64,000 bases of DNA, from assembly GCA_944391085.1 (NCBI GenBank), contig CALXSE010000008.1:2437-66436 (forward strand), in the 5' to 3' direction. The stretch is from an uncultured Kiritimatiellota bacterium. Its GTDB lineage: Bacteria > Verrucomicrobiota > Kiritimatiellia > RFP12 > DVOR01. The notes beneath the pieces are model-generated. The model worked only from the letters and a program-made list of their open reading frames with translations, was not told the origin of the DNA and ran no database searches. This document shows, piece after piece, positions 28,706 to 37,465 of the stretch (position 1 is the stretch's first letter; each line of letters begins with the position of its first letter). The position numbers and the translations under genes are program-made.

Positions 28706-28706
28706 A

Positions 28707-29684
28707 TTAAAGGGTTTCGTCGTCGGGCTCCGTGAGGGCGACGCGCGCCTTCACGAAAATCGCCCCCTCGGGCAACGTGATGGTCTTGGTCTCGCCGTCC
28801 CCGGCGGAGATCTCCTTCGCCTCCGTCATGGCCTTGCCGCCCAGCGCGGAGGCGTAGGTGATGTAAAGCGTGCCGTTGATTTTATTCAGGGGCGCGGGCT
28901 CGGCCTCGGCCTGCAGGGCCGTACCGTCCGCCGAGACGGGGACGTAAGAGCCGGCGACGGTGATGGAGCCGGGGGTGTCGCCCTCGGGCGGGGTGATGTC
29001 AGTGATGGTGAGGCTGGGCTTGCCGCCCACGTTCATCGCGAAGGCGTCGGAGATTTCGGTCTCGGTGGCGTCCTTCATCGCCCCGCCCTTGCCCGGGTCG
29101 TTCAGCCACTTCACATACTCGCCCACCAGCTCGGCGTCCTGCGGCGCGCCATCCGCCGACGGCGGCAGGATACCGGTCGGGACGGCGGCCACGGCCAGGC
29201 CCGTCGCCTCGCCCTCGCCGGCGAGCACCACGGTGTTGAAGGTGGGAAGGCCGACCACTTCGTCGGTTTCGACCTTGCTTGATTCGCCGCCCTTCGTAAG
29301 CGTGACGACGTACTTCACCGCGTCCTGGACGCCTTTGGCCTCCACGCTGACCTCCAGCGTGTCGCCGTCTTGAACCGTCAATCCCTGCGCCTGATGCCAC
29401 TTGCCGCCGGCATAGACAAGCACGGAACCATCCACGTCGGCGGTGACGACGAGCTTGTCGTCCGCTTGCTCCGACCCGGCGATGGGGTCGGTGGGGAGGG
29501 TCATGGTGAGCTTGGCGGAGAAGAGCACGGTGCCCCCCGCCTCGACCTCGACAGCCTTATCGAGCGTAAGCGTGTTATCGTCCTTCAACGATTCCGTCGT
29601 CGCGGGGGCGTTGACGACAAGCTGCTCAGCCGCGCAGAGGGGAAGGGCCAGGCAGAGGGCCGCAAACAGGGGAAGTCTCTTCAT
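28707..29684 (-). CDS. hypothetical secreted protein (A)
   Basis: Signal MKRLPLFAALCLALPLCAA. No recognisable catalytic motif. The C-terminal ~110 aa resemble the C-terminus of the 31833-33320 protein. Confidence 0.65.
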   Translation of the reverse strand: MKRLPLFAALCLALPLCAAEQLVVNAPATTESLKDDNTLTLDKAVEVEAGGTVLFSAKLTMTLPTDPIAGSEQADDKLVVTADVDGSVLVYAGGKWHQAQGLTVQDGDTLEVSVEAKGVQDAVKYVVTLTKGGESSKVETDEVVGLPTFNTVVLAGEGEATGLAVAAVPTGILPPSADGAPQDAELVGEYVKWLNDPGKGGAMKDATETEISDAFAMNVGGKPSLTITDITPPEGDTPGSITVAGSYVPVSADGTALQAEAEPAPLNKINGTLYITYASALGGKAMTEAKEISAGDGETKTITLPEGAIFVKARVALTEPDDETL

Positions 29685-29712
29685 CGTCGTCTTCCTTTCT
29701 TGTCTCAAACTC

Positions 29713-30555
29713 TCAAAGCACACGCAGGAGGCGCGGCATCACATCCATCAACGAGGCGGCCCCCGCGCGGATTTCATCCTCGCGCGGGCCGACGGCAATC
29801 AGCGGCACCTGGTTGAAGGTATGGCCGCGGGTGGAGAGATCCTCGATGTTGCCATGGTCGGAGGTAACCACGAGGAGCGTGTCGTCCGGGCGCCCGGCGA
29901 CGACTTCCTTGAGGAAGGCGTCGAGCGTGCGGAGCACTTCCTCGGCGCGCGCGCGGCTCTGCGAGTGGCCGGCGGTGTCGGTGAGGAAATACTCGAAGAG
30001 GGTCAGGTCGTTCTCGGCGGCGACGGCGAGCAGGTGCCCGGCGGCCTCCTCGGGCGTGACGAGCGGGCCGGTGTACCCTTTGGGCACGAGCACGGCGCGC
30101 GTGAGGTCGTGCACCACGGCGCGCCCCGCGAGCATATCCTTCTGGAAACGCAACGTCTCGGGCGCGGTGAGGGACATGATGGTGGTGACGCTCTTGAAGC
30201 GGCGGGCGGCGAGCTCCTCGGCCGCATCGGCGAAGTAGGCGTCGGCGAAACAGACGCGCAGGCCGCGGCGGCGGGCCTCGATGAAGAGGTTGTCCTCTTG
30301 CAGGAGCTTGCAAAGCGTGGGGCCGGGGAAGCCCTCCTTGTGGCGGCCCATCACCTGCGCCGCGTTCACGCCCGTGTAGAGCGTGGCCTGGCCGGTGGCC
30401 GACTGCGGCAGGCCGGGAATGCCCAGGCAGGCATCCAAATGCGGGGCCTTCCCCATCAATGCGCAGAGCGTGGGGCAGACCTCCGGGCAGACGGGGTTTT
30501 GCTCCCCCGCCGGCCCATAACCCACGCCATCGATGAAGATGTACAACACGCGCAT
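29713..30555 (-). CDS. alkaline-phosphatase-superfamily metalloenzyme (cofactor-independent PGM / phosphopentomutase-like)
   Basis: MRVLYIFIDGVGYG (metal-binding Asp region), LPQSATGQATLYTG (nucleophile Ser/Thr region), TDTAGH, VVTSDHGN. Confidence 0.65.
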   Translation of the reverse strand: MRVLYIFIDGVGYGPAGEQNPVCPEVCPTLCALMGKAPHLDACLGIPGLPQSATGQATLYTGVNAAQVMGRHKEGFPGPTLCKLLQEDNLFIEARRRGLRVCFADAYFADAAEELAARRFKSVTTIMSLTAPETLRFQKDMLAGRAVVHDLTRAVLVPKGYTGPLVTPEEAAGHLLAVAAENDLTLFEYFLTDTAGHSQSRARAEEVLRTLDAFLKEVVAGRPDDTLLVVTSDHGNIEDLSTRGHTFNQVPLIAVGPREDEIRAGAASLMDVMPRLLRVL

Positions 30556-30564
30556 GACGACAAC

Positions 30565-30573
30565 ATCATACCA
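30565..30573 (-). promoter_or_regulatory. extended -10 promoter (TGGTATGAT), 9 nt before ATG 30555
   Basis: Minus strand reads TGGTATGAT, gttgtcgtc, ATG. No SD. Confidence 0.45.
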
Positions 30574-30762
30574 CAATTCAAGGATGAAGGAAACCGCAAA
30601 TCAAGAAGCGTTCCCGACGGAGGCCCGCGTGCTTCCGCGAGGCCGAATGGGAGAGGCGGCTCCTGCCGGAACGGGGCGACTGGGCGGGTGGCCTCCCGTT
30701 CGCCGGGACGCGCCATGCCTGCGGCGCTTGACCACGCGGGGCCGGTGTGCCACAGTGAAGAC

Positions 30763-31776
30763 ATGAAACGTTTGCTTTTCCCGTTGGCCTTCCTGCCCCT
30801 GCTTGCCCTGGCGCTCCTCATCGGGTGCGCGGCCCCCCAACGTGCGCCCTTCTCGCCGGAGAGCGACGCGCTGTTGGCCTCCTTCGCCGACTGGGGGCCG
30901 AAGGCGGACGCCGCGCACGTGGCGGCCCTGGAAGCCGCGGCGCGGGGCGATTGCTCCGCGCTCAGCGACTGGCGCGAGAAGCTGCTCCGCCCGGACGGCG
31001 AGGTGGCCTTCAACGCCGCGCACGCCGGCAGGGCCACCCTCCGCTTCGAGGGCCCGTGGGCCGTCTACGCGCCCGCCGGCGAGCCCAAGGCCACCGTTCT
31101 CTACCTCCACGGCGGCGGCTGGGCCGTCGGGGACGCGCGCCTCTGCGAGGACTTCTGCGCGGGGCTGGCCGAGCGCGCCCAGGCGGAGGTCTGGTCGCTC
31201 AATTACCCGCTCGCGCCTGAGCACCCCTTCCCCGTCGCCCCGCGCTTTGCGGCCGAGCGCCTCAACGCCCTGCGCGCGCGTTTCCCGGGCCGCCCGCTCT
31301 ACGTCGCGGGGGACTCCGCGGGCGGCAATCTGGCCGTCGCGGCCGCGCTCCTCGCGCCGGGGCAGGCCGACGGCCTCATCCTGGCCTACCCCGCCCTCGC
31401 GGTGCAGGACAAGGTCGCGCCGGAAGGCGACCTGTACGGCGACGTCCTGGCCCTGACCGACGCGCTGATGTCCGCCTTCGGACGCCTTTACGTGGACGCG
31501 GCGACCGCCGCGGCCGACCCCGTCGCGTCGCCCCTTGCCGCCGGGGACGACGCGCTCCGGGCCCTGCCGCCCGTCCTCACCCTCGCGGCGGAATGCGACG
31601 TGCTGGCCGGGCAATCCCGCGTCTTCCACGAGCGCCTCGCGGCCCTTGGGCGCACGGGCGACGTGCGGCACGTCGTCCCCGGCGCCGTCCACGGCTTCCT
31701 GTCCTTCCCCACCCTCACGGCGGCGCAGGGCGAGGCCCTCGGCGTCGCCGTCGGCTGGATCAAGGCCGACCGCTGA
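30763..31776 (+). CDS. alpha/beta-hydrolase lipoprotein (HSL-type esterase/lipase)
   Basis: Lipobox LLIGC. Oxyanion HGGGW, nucleophile GDSAGG, C-terminal HGF. Confidence 0.78.
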   Translation: MKRLLFPLAFLPLLALALLIGCAAPQRAPFSPESDALLASFADWGPKADAAHVAALEAAARGDCSALSDWREKLLRPDGEVAFNAAHAGRATLRFEGPWAVYAPAGEPKATVLYLHGGGWAVGDARLCEDFCAGLAERAQAEVWSLNYPLAPEHPFPVAPRFAAERLNALRARFPGRPLYVAGDSAGGNLAVAAALLAPGQADGLILAYPALAVQDKVAPEGDLYGDVLALTDALMSAFGRLYVDAATAAADPVASPLAAGDDALRALPPVLTLAAECDVLAGQSRVFHERLAALGRTGDVRHVVPGAVHGFLSFPTLTAAQGEALGVAVGWIKADR

Positions 31777-31832
31777 AAAAAGGCTTGCGGAACGCCCCCC
31801 TTTTCGCTATGCTATCACCAGAAAGTAGCGTT

Positions 31833-33320
31833 ATGAGGACATCGCACGTTTCGCTCCCCGCTTTTCTCGCACTGGCTTGCGCCCTGTGCGCCCTCCTTGC
31901 GCGCGCCCAGCTCACGCCCGAAAACAAGGCCGACAATCCCTACGTGCCGCAGGCCGGCGACCTCGCCGCCCAAGGCTGGAGCGTCCTCAACGCGGCGGAC
32001 GAGGAAACCCAAGACACCGACCTCTCCGGCTACACGTTCACGGCGGACGGCACGGAAAGCTACCTCGACTTCTCCGCGGAAGACAATCCCCTCGGCGGCT
32101 TGGAGACCGTCTACCTCGCCCTTGGCATCGTCGGTGAGGACGGAAAGCCCATCACGATGGCGCGCAAAGGTACCAGCCCCTTCCGTACCGACAACGTCTA
32201 CGCGAAAGTGCGCTTCGAGCGCTCGGCCAACGCGCCAAGCATGGACGACCTGCGCACGATGTACCCCACCTACCAGCAGACCGGCGGCACCGCCGTCGCC
32301 CCCAAACTGGGCCTCTACGTGAATGACGACGGCTATTTCTGCGTCTCACGCGTTCGCTTTGGGCAAACGGGCACCCTCGACGACCTCGTCTTCGAGTTTT
32401 GCACGACCGAGGTGCGTTACGACGACGTCTCCCCCGGCGAGGGCGCCGTGGTGGTGCGCCTTGAGTTCCAGACCTTCGCGGCGACCGAGCAGGCGCCCTC
32501 GGTGCGCGGGTTCCGCATCTGGGTGCGAGACGCCGCCGACGATGCCGAGGAGATCTGCCTGACCGCCGGCCTTGGCTATCGCTGGACGCAAGACGATGCA
32601 AACCTGGGTTACACCTTCGACTTCTCCTCCCTGGGGGCAGACGAGGACTGCGACTGGTTCTACGCCATCGACTCCGCCCAAATGGAATTCGACATTGCGA
32701 ATATGAACGGCCCAGCGCTGGAGGCACTGAACCAGCTGGCCTTCTCCGCCACCGGCGGCGGTTTCTACTCCGCCTGGCTCGCCATCAACGGTTCCGCCTT
32801 GACGCAAGAGACGCTTGACAACTACGACTTCGGCGAATTCAACGCCTTCCTCCAAGGCAACCCGATGGACAACCTGGTCACCGACTGGGCCTCGCGCTAC
32901 GGCGTGGACCTGATGCAATACGGGACGTCCAAAACCAGGCGCTTCATGGCCGCGGACGGGGCAGACCGCACCCACGGCTTCAACGCCTTCCTGCTGGACA
33001 TGGATCCCAAGGCCCAAGTGGAGCAACGCCTCCAGGTCACCGGCATCGTGCCGGCGGCCGATGGCTCCGTCACCCTCACCGTGCGCGGCCCCGAGGGATG
33101 CGTCCTCAAAAACGCCCTCAACAGCGCAGGCATCCTCCACGTCACCCGCGCCGAGACCCTCGACGGCCTCCCCACGGCCGCCCCCACGGTTGTTCCGGTG
33201 GACAAGCTGGCCTTCGACGGCGGCTCCGCCACGATGGTGCTCCCCCCGGCGGGCGACGGCGCGCCGTTGCCCTTCATAAAGGTAACGCTCCAGCCAAACG
33301 AACCACCCGCCGCCGAGTGA
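31833..33320 (+). CDS. hypothetical secreted protein (B)
   Basis: Signal MRTSHVSLPAFLALACALCALLARA. 495 aa, acidic, no recognisable enzymatic motif. Confidence 0.65.
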   Translation: MRTSHVSLPAFLALACALCALLARAQLTPENKADNPYVPQAGDLAAQGWSVLNAADEETQDTDLSGYTFTADGTESYLDFSAEDNPLGGLETVYLALGIVGEDGKPITMARKGTSPFRTDNVYAKVRFERSANAPSMDDLRTMYPTYQQTGGTAVAPKLGLYVNDDGYFCVSRVRFGQTGTLDDLVFEFCTTEVRYDDVSPGEGAVVVRLEFQTFAATEQAPSVRGFRIWVRDAADDAEEICLTAGLGYRWTQDDANLGYTFDFSSLGADEDCDWFYAIDSAQMEFDIANMNGPALEALNQLAFSATGGGFYSAWLAINGSALTQETLDNYDFGEFNAFLQGNPMDNLVTDWASRYGVDLMQYGTSKTRRFMAADGADRTHGFNAFLLDMDPKAQVEQRLQVTGIVPAADGSVTLTVRGPEGCVLKNALNSAGILHVTRAETLDGLPTAAPTVVPVDKLAFDGGSATMVLPPAGDGAPLPFIKVTLQPNEPPAAE

Positions 33321-33396
33321 ACACGGGGGCGCGAAAGCGCCCCTTTTGCTTGCGGGGGCGGGCCGTTTTTGCCACACTGGTGGGAAAGGAATCGCC

Positions 33397-34914
33397 ATGA
33401 ACCCATTCAACAGTCTTCGATTGTGCCTCCTCGCCGCCGCGCTCTGCGCGGCCGGGCCGGCCTTCGCCGCGCCCACGCCCGACGACCCCTTCCGCCCCGA
33501 CGTCGTTTACGCCGAAGGCACGGTCACGGCGACCTTCCTGCTCCTTGAGCCGGGCCAGCACATTTACGACGCGATGCTGACCTGCTCGCTCGGCGCGCCG
33601 ACCTCCAAGCCCCCCCTCGCCGGAAGCGACGAGATGGGCGGCGACTATTACGCCGACCTGGCCGAGTTCACCTGGCCCGCCGCGCCGGGGCAGACCTTCA
33701 CCCTCGGCTACCAGGGGTGCGACGCGGATCTGTGCCACATGCCCCAGGAGCTGACCTTCACCATCACCGCCGAGGGCAAGGTCGTCGAGGGCGCCGCCGC
33801 GGCGGTTTCCCCCACCCCGCCGGCGGCCGCCCCAGAGGCCGAGGCCCGGGAACGCGGCATCGCGGGCTTCGTCCCGCCGGGGGATTTCGTGGCCTTCCTG
33901 CGCGGCGAGGCCGCGGCCGGGGGCGAGACCGGCGGCGCACCGGGCTTCCTGGACGACCCGCGGGCGTGGGTCGCGGACAACGGCGTATGGCTGCTCATCG
34001 CGGTGGTCTTCGTGGGCGGGTTGCTGCTGAACCTCACGCCGTGCGTGCTGCCGATGATGCCGATCAACCTGGCCATCATCGGGGCGGGCGCGGTGGGCGG
34101 AGGCCGCCTGCGCGGGGCCCTGCGCGGCGGGGCGTACGGCCTGGGCATCGCGCTGGCTTACGGCGTGCTGGCGCTCATCCCGGCGCTCACGGGGACGGCC
34201 TTCGGGGCCGTGCAGGCGGCCTGGTGGTTCAACGCGGCCATCGCGGCGGTCTTCGTGGCGCTGGCGCTGGCGCTCTTCGACGTCTTCATGATCGACTTCA
34301 CGCGCTTCTCGGGGCCCGGCGGGGGGAAGAAGGGCGCGTTCGCGGCCTTCGTGGCCGGGGCGGTGAGCGCGGTGCTCGCCGGCGCGTGCGTCGCGCCGGT
34401 GCTCCTGGCGGTCCTCCTGCTGACGGCCGACGGCGTGGCCACGGGCGCGTGGTGGACGCTCTGCCTGCCCTTCGTGCTGGGGCTGGGGATGGCCGCGCCG
34501 TGGCCCATCGCGGGCGCGGGGCTCTCTTTCCTGCCCAGGCCCGGCGCGTGGATGACGTGGGTGAAGAAGGCCTTCGGCGTCCTCGTCCTCCTCTTCGCGG
34601 CCTATTACGTCTGGGTGGCCGTCAAGCCCTTCCTCCCCGCCGAGGGCCTCGACGGCACAGATCTCCCGGCCATCGAGGCGGCCATCGCCGAGGCCCGCGC
34701 CCAAGGCAAGCCCGTCCTCCTCGACTTCTGGGGCACCGCGTGCAAGGCGTGCGACGAGATGGAGCGCGAGACCTTCCCGGACGCCGCCGTGCAGGCCGAG
34801 CTCAAACGCTTCGCCCTCCTCAAGGTGCGGATGGATCTCTCCGACCGCGCCATCCGCCCCACGCAGGAGCGCTTCGCCATCAAGGGCCTGCCCACCTACG
34901 TCGTCATCGAGTGA
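33397..34914 (+). CDS. dsbD: thiol:disulfide interchange protein DsbD-like (N-domain + CcdA-type TM core + C-terminal thioredoxin)
   Basis: Signal peptide, TM core with LNLTPCVLPMMP and GACVAPV, C-terminal LLDFWGTACKAC (thioredoxin CxxC). Confidence 0.82.
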   Translation: MNPFNSLRLCLLAAALCAAGPAFAAPTPDDPFRPDVVYAEGTVTATFLLLEPGQHIYDAMLTCSLGAPTSKPPLAGSDEMGGDYYADLAEFTWPAAPGQTFTLGYQGCDADLCHMPQELTFTITAEGKVVEGAAAAVSPTPPAAAPEAEARERGIAGFVPPGDFVAFLRGEAAAGGETGGAPGFLDDPRAWVADNGVWLLIAVVFVGGLLLNLTPCVLPMMPINLAIIGAGAVGGGRLRGALRGGAYGLGIALAYGVLALIPALTGTAFGAVQAAWWFNAAIAAVFVALALALFDVFMIDFTRFSGPGGGKKGAFAAFVAGAVSAVLAGACVAPVLLAVLLLTADGVATGAWWTLCLPFVLGLGMAAPWPIAGAGLSFLPRPGAWMTWVKKAFGVLVLLFAAYYVWVAVKPFLPAEGLDGTDLPAIEAAIAEARAQGKPVLLDFWGTACKACDEMERETFPDAAVQAELKRFALLKVRMDLSDRAIRPTQERFAIKGLPTYVVIE

Positions 34915-34915
34915 C

Positions 34916-35905
34916 GTGAACCGCAACCAGCACACCCTCGAGACCCTCCCCGTGCGGGCGGACGTCGCCGACGATCCCGCCGTCGGGCGCTTCGCGGACG
35001 CCCTCCGCGCCGTCCGCGGCGCCAGCCCCCTCACCGCCGAGAACTACCTCCGCGACCTCGGCCAGTTCGCCGCCCACGTCTGGGGCAAGCGCGGCGGGCC
35101 GCCCTTCGACTGGGCGGCGCCGGACCGTGCCGCCGCGCAGGGGTTCCTCTACGCCTACGCCCGGACGGGGGCCAAACCCACCTCCACCGCACGCAAGCTC
35201 GCCGCGCTCCGCTCCTTTTACCGTTTCCTCGTGCGCGAGGGCACGCTCGACCATTCGCCCTTCGCCGGGCTCCGGCCGCCCCGCCGCGCGCGGCCCCTGC
35301 CTACCCTCCTCACCGAGAGTGAGGTCGCCCGCCTCCTTGACGCGCCCGCCCAGGCCCTCCGAGACGCGCCCGACGGCCTTCCCCCCCTCCCGCGCTACCT
35401 GCTCCTGCGCGACCGCGCCCTGTTCGAGACCCTCTACTCCACCGGCGCGCGCCTCGCCGAGATCGCCGCCCTCACCAACGCCCGGACCGACCTCGCCGAG
35501 GGCGTCTGCCGCGTCGTCGGCAAAGGCGACAAAGAACGGATCTGCCTCCTCGGACGGCCCGCCCGCGAGGCCATCGCCGCCATGCGTGCCCAGGCCCGGA
35601 TGCTCTGGCCCCGCGCCGACGCGCCCGAACGCCCCCTCTTCCTCAACAATGCCGGCGAGGGGCTCTCCACCCGCTCCATCGAACGCTTCATGAAGCGCTG
35701 GCTCGCCGCCGCCGGGCTCCCGCCCGACCTCTCGCCGCACAAGCTGCGCCATTCCTTCGCCACGCACCTCCTCAGCCACGGGGCCGACCTGCGCGTGGTG
35801 CAGGAGCTCCTCGGCCACAACTCCCCCGCCACCACCCAAATCTACACCCACCTGGCCCCCGAACGCGTCGCGGCCACCTACCATGCCGCCCACCCCCGCG
35901 GCTGA
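34916..35905 (+). CDS. xerC: tyrosine recombinase XerC/XerD family
   Basis: GTG start 1 nt after the dsbD stop. ARLAE (Arg I), HKLRHSFATHLL, LGHNSPATTQIYTH (catalytic Tyr). Confidence 0.8.
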   Translation: MNRNQHTLETLPVRADVADDPAVGRFADALRAVRGASPLTAENYLRDLGQFAAHVWGKRGGPPFDWAAPDRAAAQGFLYAYARTGAKPTSTARKLAALRSFYRFLVREGTLDHSPFAGLRPPRRARPLPTLLTESEVARLLDAPAQALRDAPDGLPPLPRYLLLRDRALFETLYSTGARLAEIAALTNARTDLAEGVCRVVGKGDKERICLLGRPAREAIAAMRAQARMLWPRADAPERPLFLNNAGEGLSTRSIERFMKRWLAAAGLPPDLSPHKLRHSFATHLLSHGADLRVVQELLGHNSPATTQIYTHLAPERVAATYHAAHPRG

Positions 35906-36041
35906 CCTCCCGCGCGTCTTTGGGAAAGGGCGCGAAGGGCCAAGGCTGCCGCCAGGACGCTTGGCGCACCATGCGGCCCCGCGGCCGAAAGGACGGCGTG
36001 GGGCCGGCCCGTGCCCCGCCACGCGGCGCGCCTTTTTTCGC

Positions 36042-36070
36042 TTGCGTTTGGGTTCGAATTGGCCTATAAT
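36042..36070 (+). promoter_or_regulatory. sigma70-like promoter for pyrH-frr (-35 TTGCGT, 17 nt, -10 TATAAT)
   Basis: TTGCGT (36042-36047), 17-nt spacer, TATAAT (36065-36070), 31 nt upstream of ATG 36102. Confidence 0.7.
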
Positions 36071-36101
36071 AAGCACGTCAATGTGAGAAAGTGGTTGCAC
36101 G

Positions 36102-36827
36102 ATGGCCCTGAAGTACAAGCGAATCCTTCTGAAGCTCAGCGGCGAGGTGCTCAAGGGCGCCTCGGAGACCTGCCATGACGAGGCCGTGCTGGCAGACGTG
36201 GCGCGGCGCTTGGGCGAGCTGGTGAGCCTCGGCGCGGAGGTCGGCGTGGTCATCGGCGGCGGGAACATCTTCCGCGGGCTGACAGGCGCGCGCAACGGCA
36301 CCGACCGCGTCCTCGGCGACACGATGGGGATGCTCGCAACCGTCATCAACGCGCTGGCCGTGCAGAACGCCCTCGAGCGCCGCGGCGTGCCCGCGGTGAC
36401 GATGACCGCCCAGCCCATGCCGCAGGTGGGGCGCCTCTTCGACGCGCGCAAGGCCGGCAAACTCCTCTCCCGCGGCGTGGTGACGCTCTTCGCGGGCGGG
36501 ACGGGCAACCCCTTCTTCTCGACCGACTCCGGCGCGGCGCTGCGCGCGGCGGAAATCGGCGCGGACGCCCTGCTGAAGGCCACCAAGGTGGACGGCGTCT
36601 ATTCCGCCGACCCCGCGAAGGAACCGACGGCGACGCGCTACGAGACGCTTTCCTACCAAGAGGCGCTGGCAAAAGACCTGCATGTGATGGACGCGGCGGC
36701 CTTCGCGCTGTGCCGGGACAACGCCATCCCAATCGTGGTCTTCGACTTCCACGCGCCCGACGCGCTGCGCCGCATCGTCTGCGGCGAGGCCGGCCTGGGC
36801 ACGGTGGTCGCCGGCCAGACCGCCTGA
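36102..36827 (+). CDS. pyrH: UMP kinase
   Basis: YKRILLKLSGEVL...VVIGGGNIFRG...TGNPFFSTDSGAALRAAEI. Confidence 0.95.
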   Translation: MALKYKRILLKLSGEVLKGASETCHDEAVLADVARRLGELVSLGAEVGVVIGGGNIFRGLTGARNGTDRVLGDTMGMLATVINALAVQNALERRGVPAVTMTAQPMPQVGRLFDARKAGKLLSRGVVTLFAGGTGNPFFSTDSGAALRAAEIGADALLKATKVDGVYSADPAKEPTATRYETLSYQEALAKDLHVMDAAAFALCRDNAIPIVVFDFHAPDALRRIVCGEAGLGTVVAGQTA

Positions 36828-36851
36828 ACCAAACAAGAGAGGGAACACCCC

Positions 36852-37415
36852 ATGGACACTGCCCAAGACGTGATCAAAGACGCCACCGCCCGCATGGACG
36901 GCGCGCTCGCCTCACTCAAGGAACGCTTCTCCGGCCTGCGCACCGGCAAAGCCTCGCCTTCGCTGGTCGATTCACTCCAGGTGCCCTATTACGGCGTGCC
37001 CACGCGCCTGCGCGACATGGCCAACATCTCCACGCCCGAACCCCGGCAAATCACCATCGCGCCCTTCGACCCCTCGTCGCTGGCCGAGATCGAAAAAGCC
37101 ATCCTGGCCGCGAACCTCGGCGTGACGCCGCGCAACGACGGCCGCCTCATCCGCATCACCATGCCCGAGCTCACCGAGGAGCGCCGCAAGGAGATCGTCA
37201 AGGTGGCCAAAGGCCTGGCCGAGGAGTGCAAGGTGGCCATCCGCAACGTCCGCCGCGACGCGAACGACGCCATCAAGGCCCTCCAGAAGGACGGCAAGAT
37301 CTCCGAGGACGAAGGCAAGAAAGGCCTCGACGACGTGCAGAAGCTCACCGACGCCAAGGTCGGCAAAGTCGACGCCGACACCAAGGCGAAGGAAGCGGAG
37401 GTCATGGCCGTCTAA
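36852..37415 (+). CDS. frr: ribosome recycling factor
   Basis: LRTGKASPSLVDSLQVPYYG...ITIAPFD...IRITMPELTEERRKE...IRNVRRDAND. Confidence 0.95.
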   Translation: MDTAQDVIKDATARMDGALASLKERFSGLRTGKASPSLVDSLQVPYYGVPTRLRDMANISTPEPRQITIAPFDPSSLAEIEKAILAANLGVTPRNDGRLIRITMPELTEERRKEIVKVAKGLAEECKVAIRNVRRDANDAIKALQKDGKISEDEGKKGLDDVQKLTDAKVGKVDADTKAKEAEVMAV

Positions 37416-37465
37416 GCCCGGCCTTTCCCCCACCCCACCCACTGACGGAAAAGGAGCGCGGAACC

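Noticed and set aside
22867-32840. Possible avoidance of GAATTC, given the EcoRI-family methylase.
   Set aside because: GAATTC occurs at least three times (22867-22872, 32685-32690, 32835-32840). Family membership does not fix specificity, and I cannot compute expected counts by eye, so no claim is made.
34916-35905. The tyrosine recombinase as a marker of a prophage or integrative element.
   Set aside because: The motifs and length fit housekeeping XerC/XerD. It sits 1 nt after dsbD and before the pyrH-frr promoter. There are no flanking phage or conjugation genes, no att-like repeats and no compositional shift.
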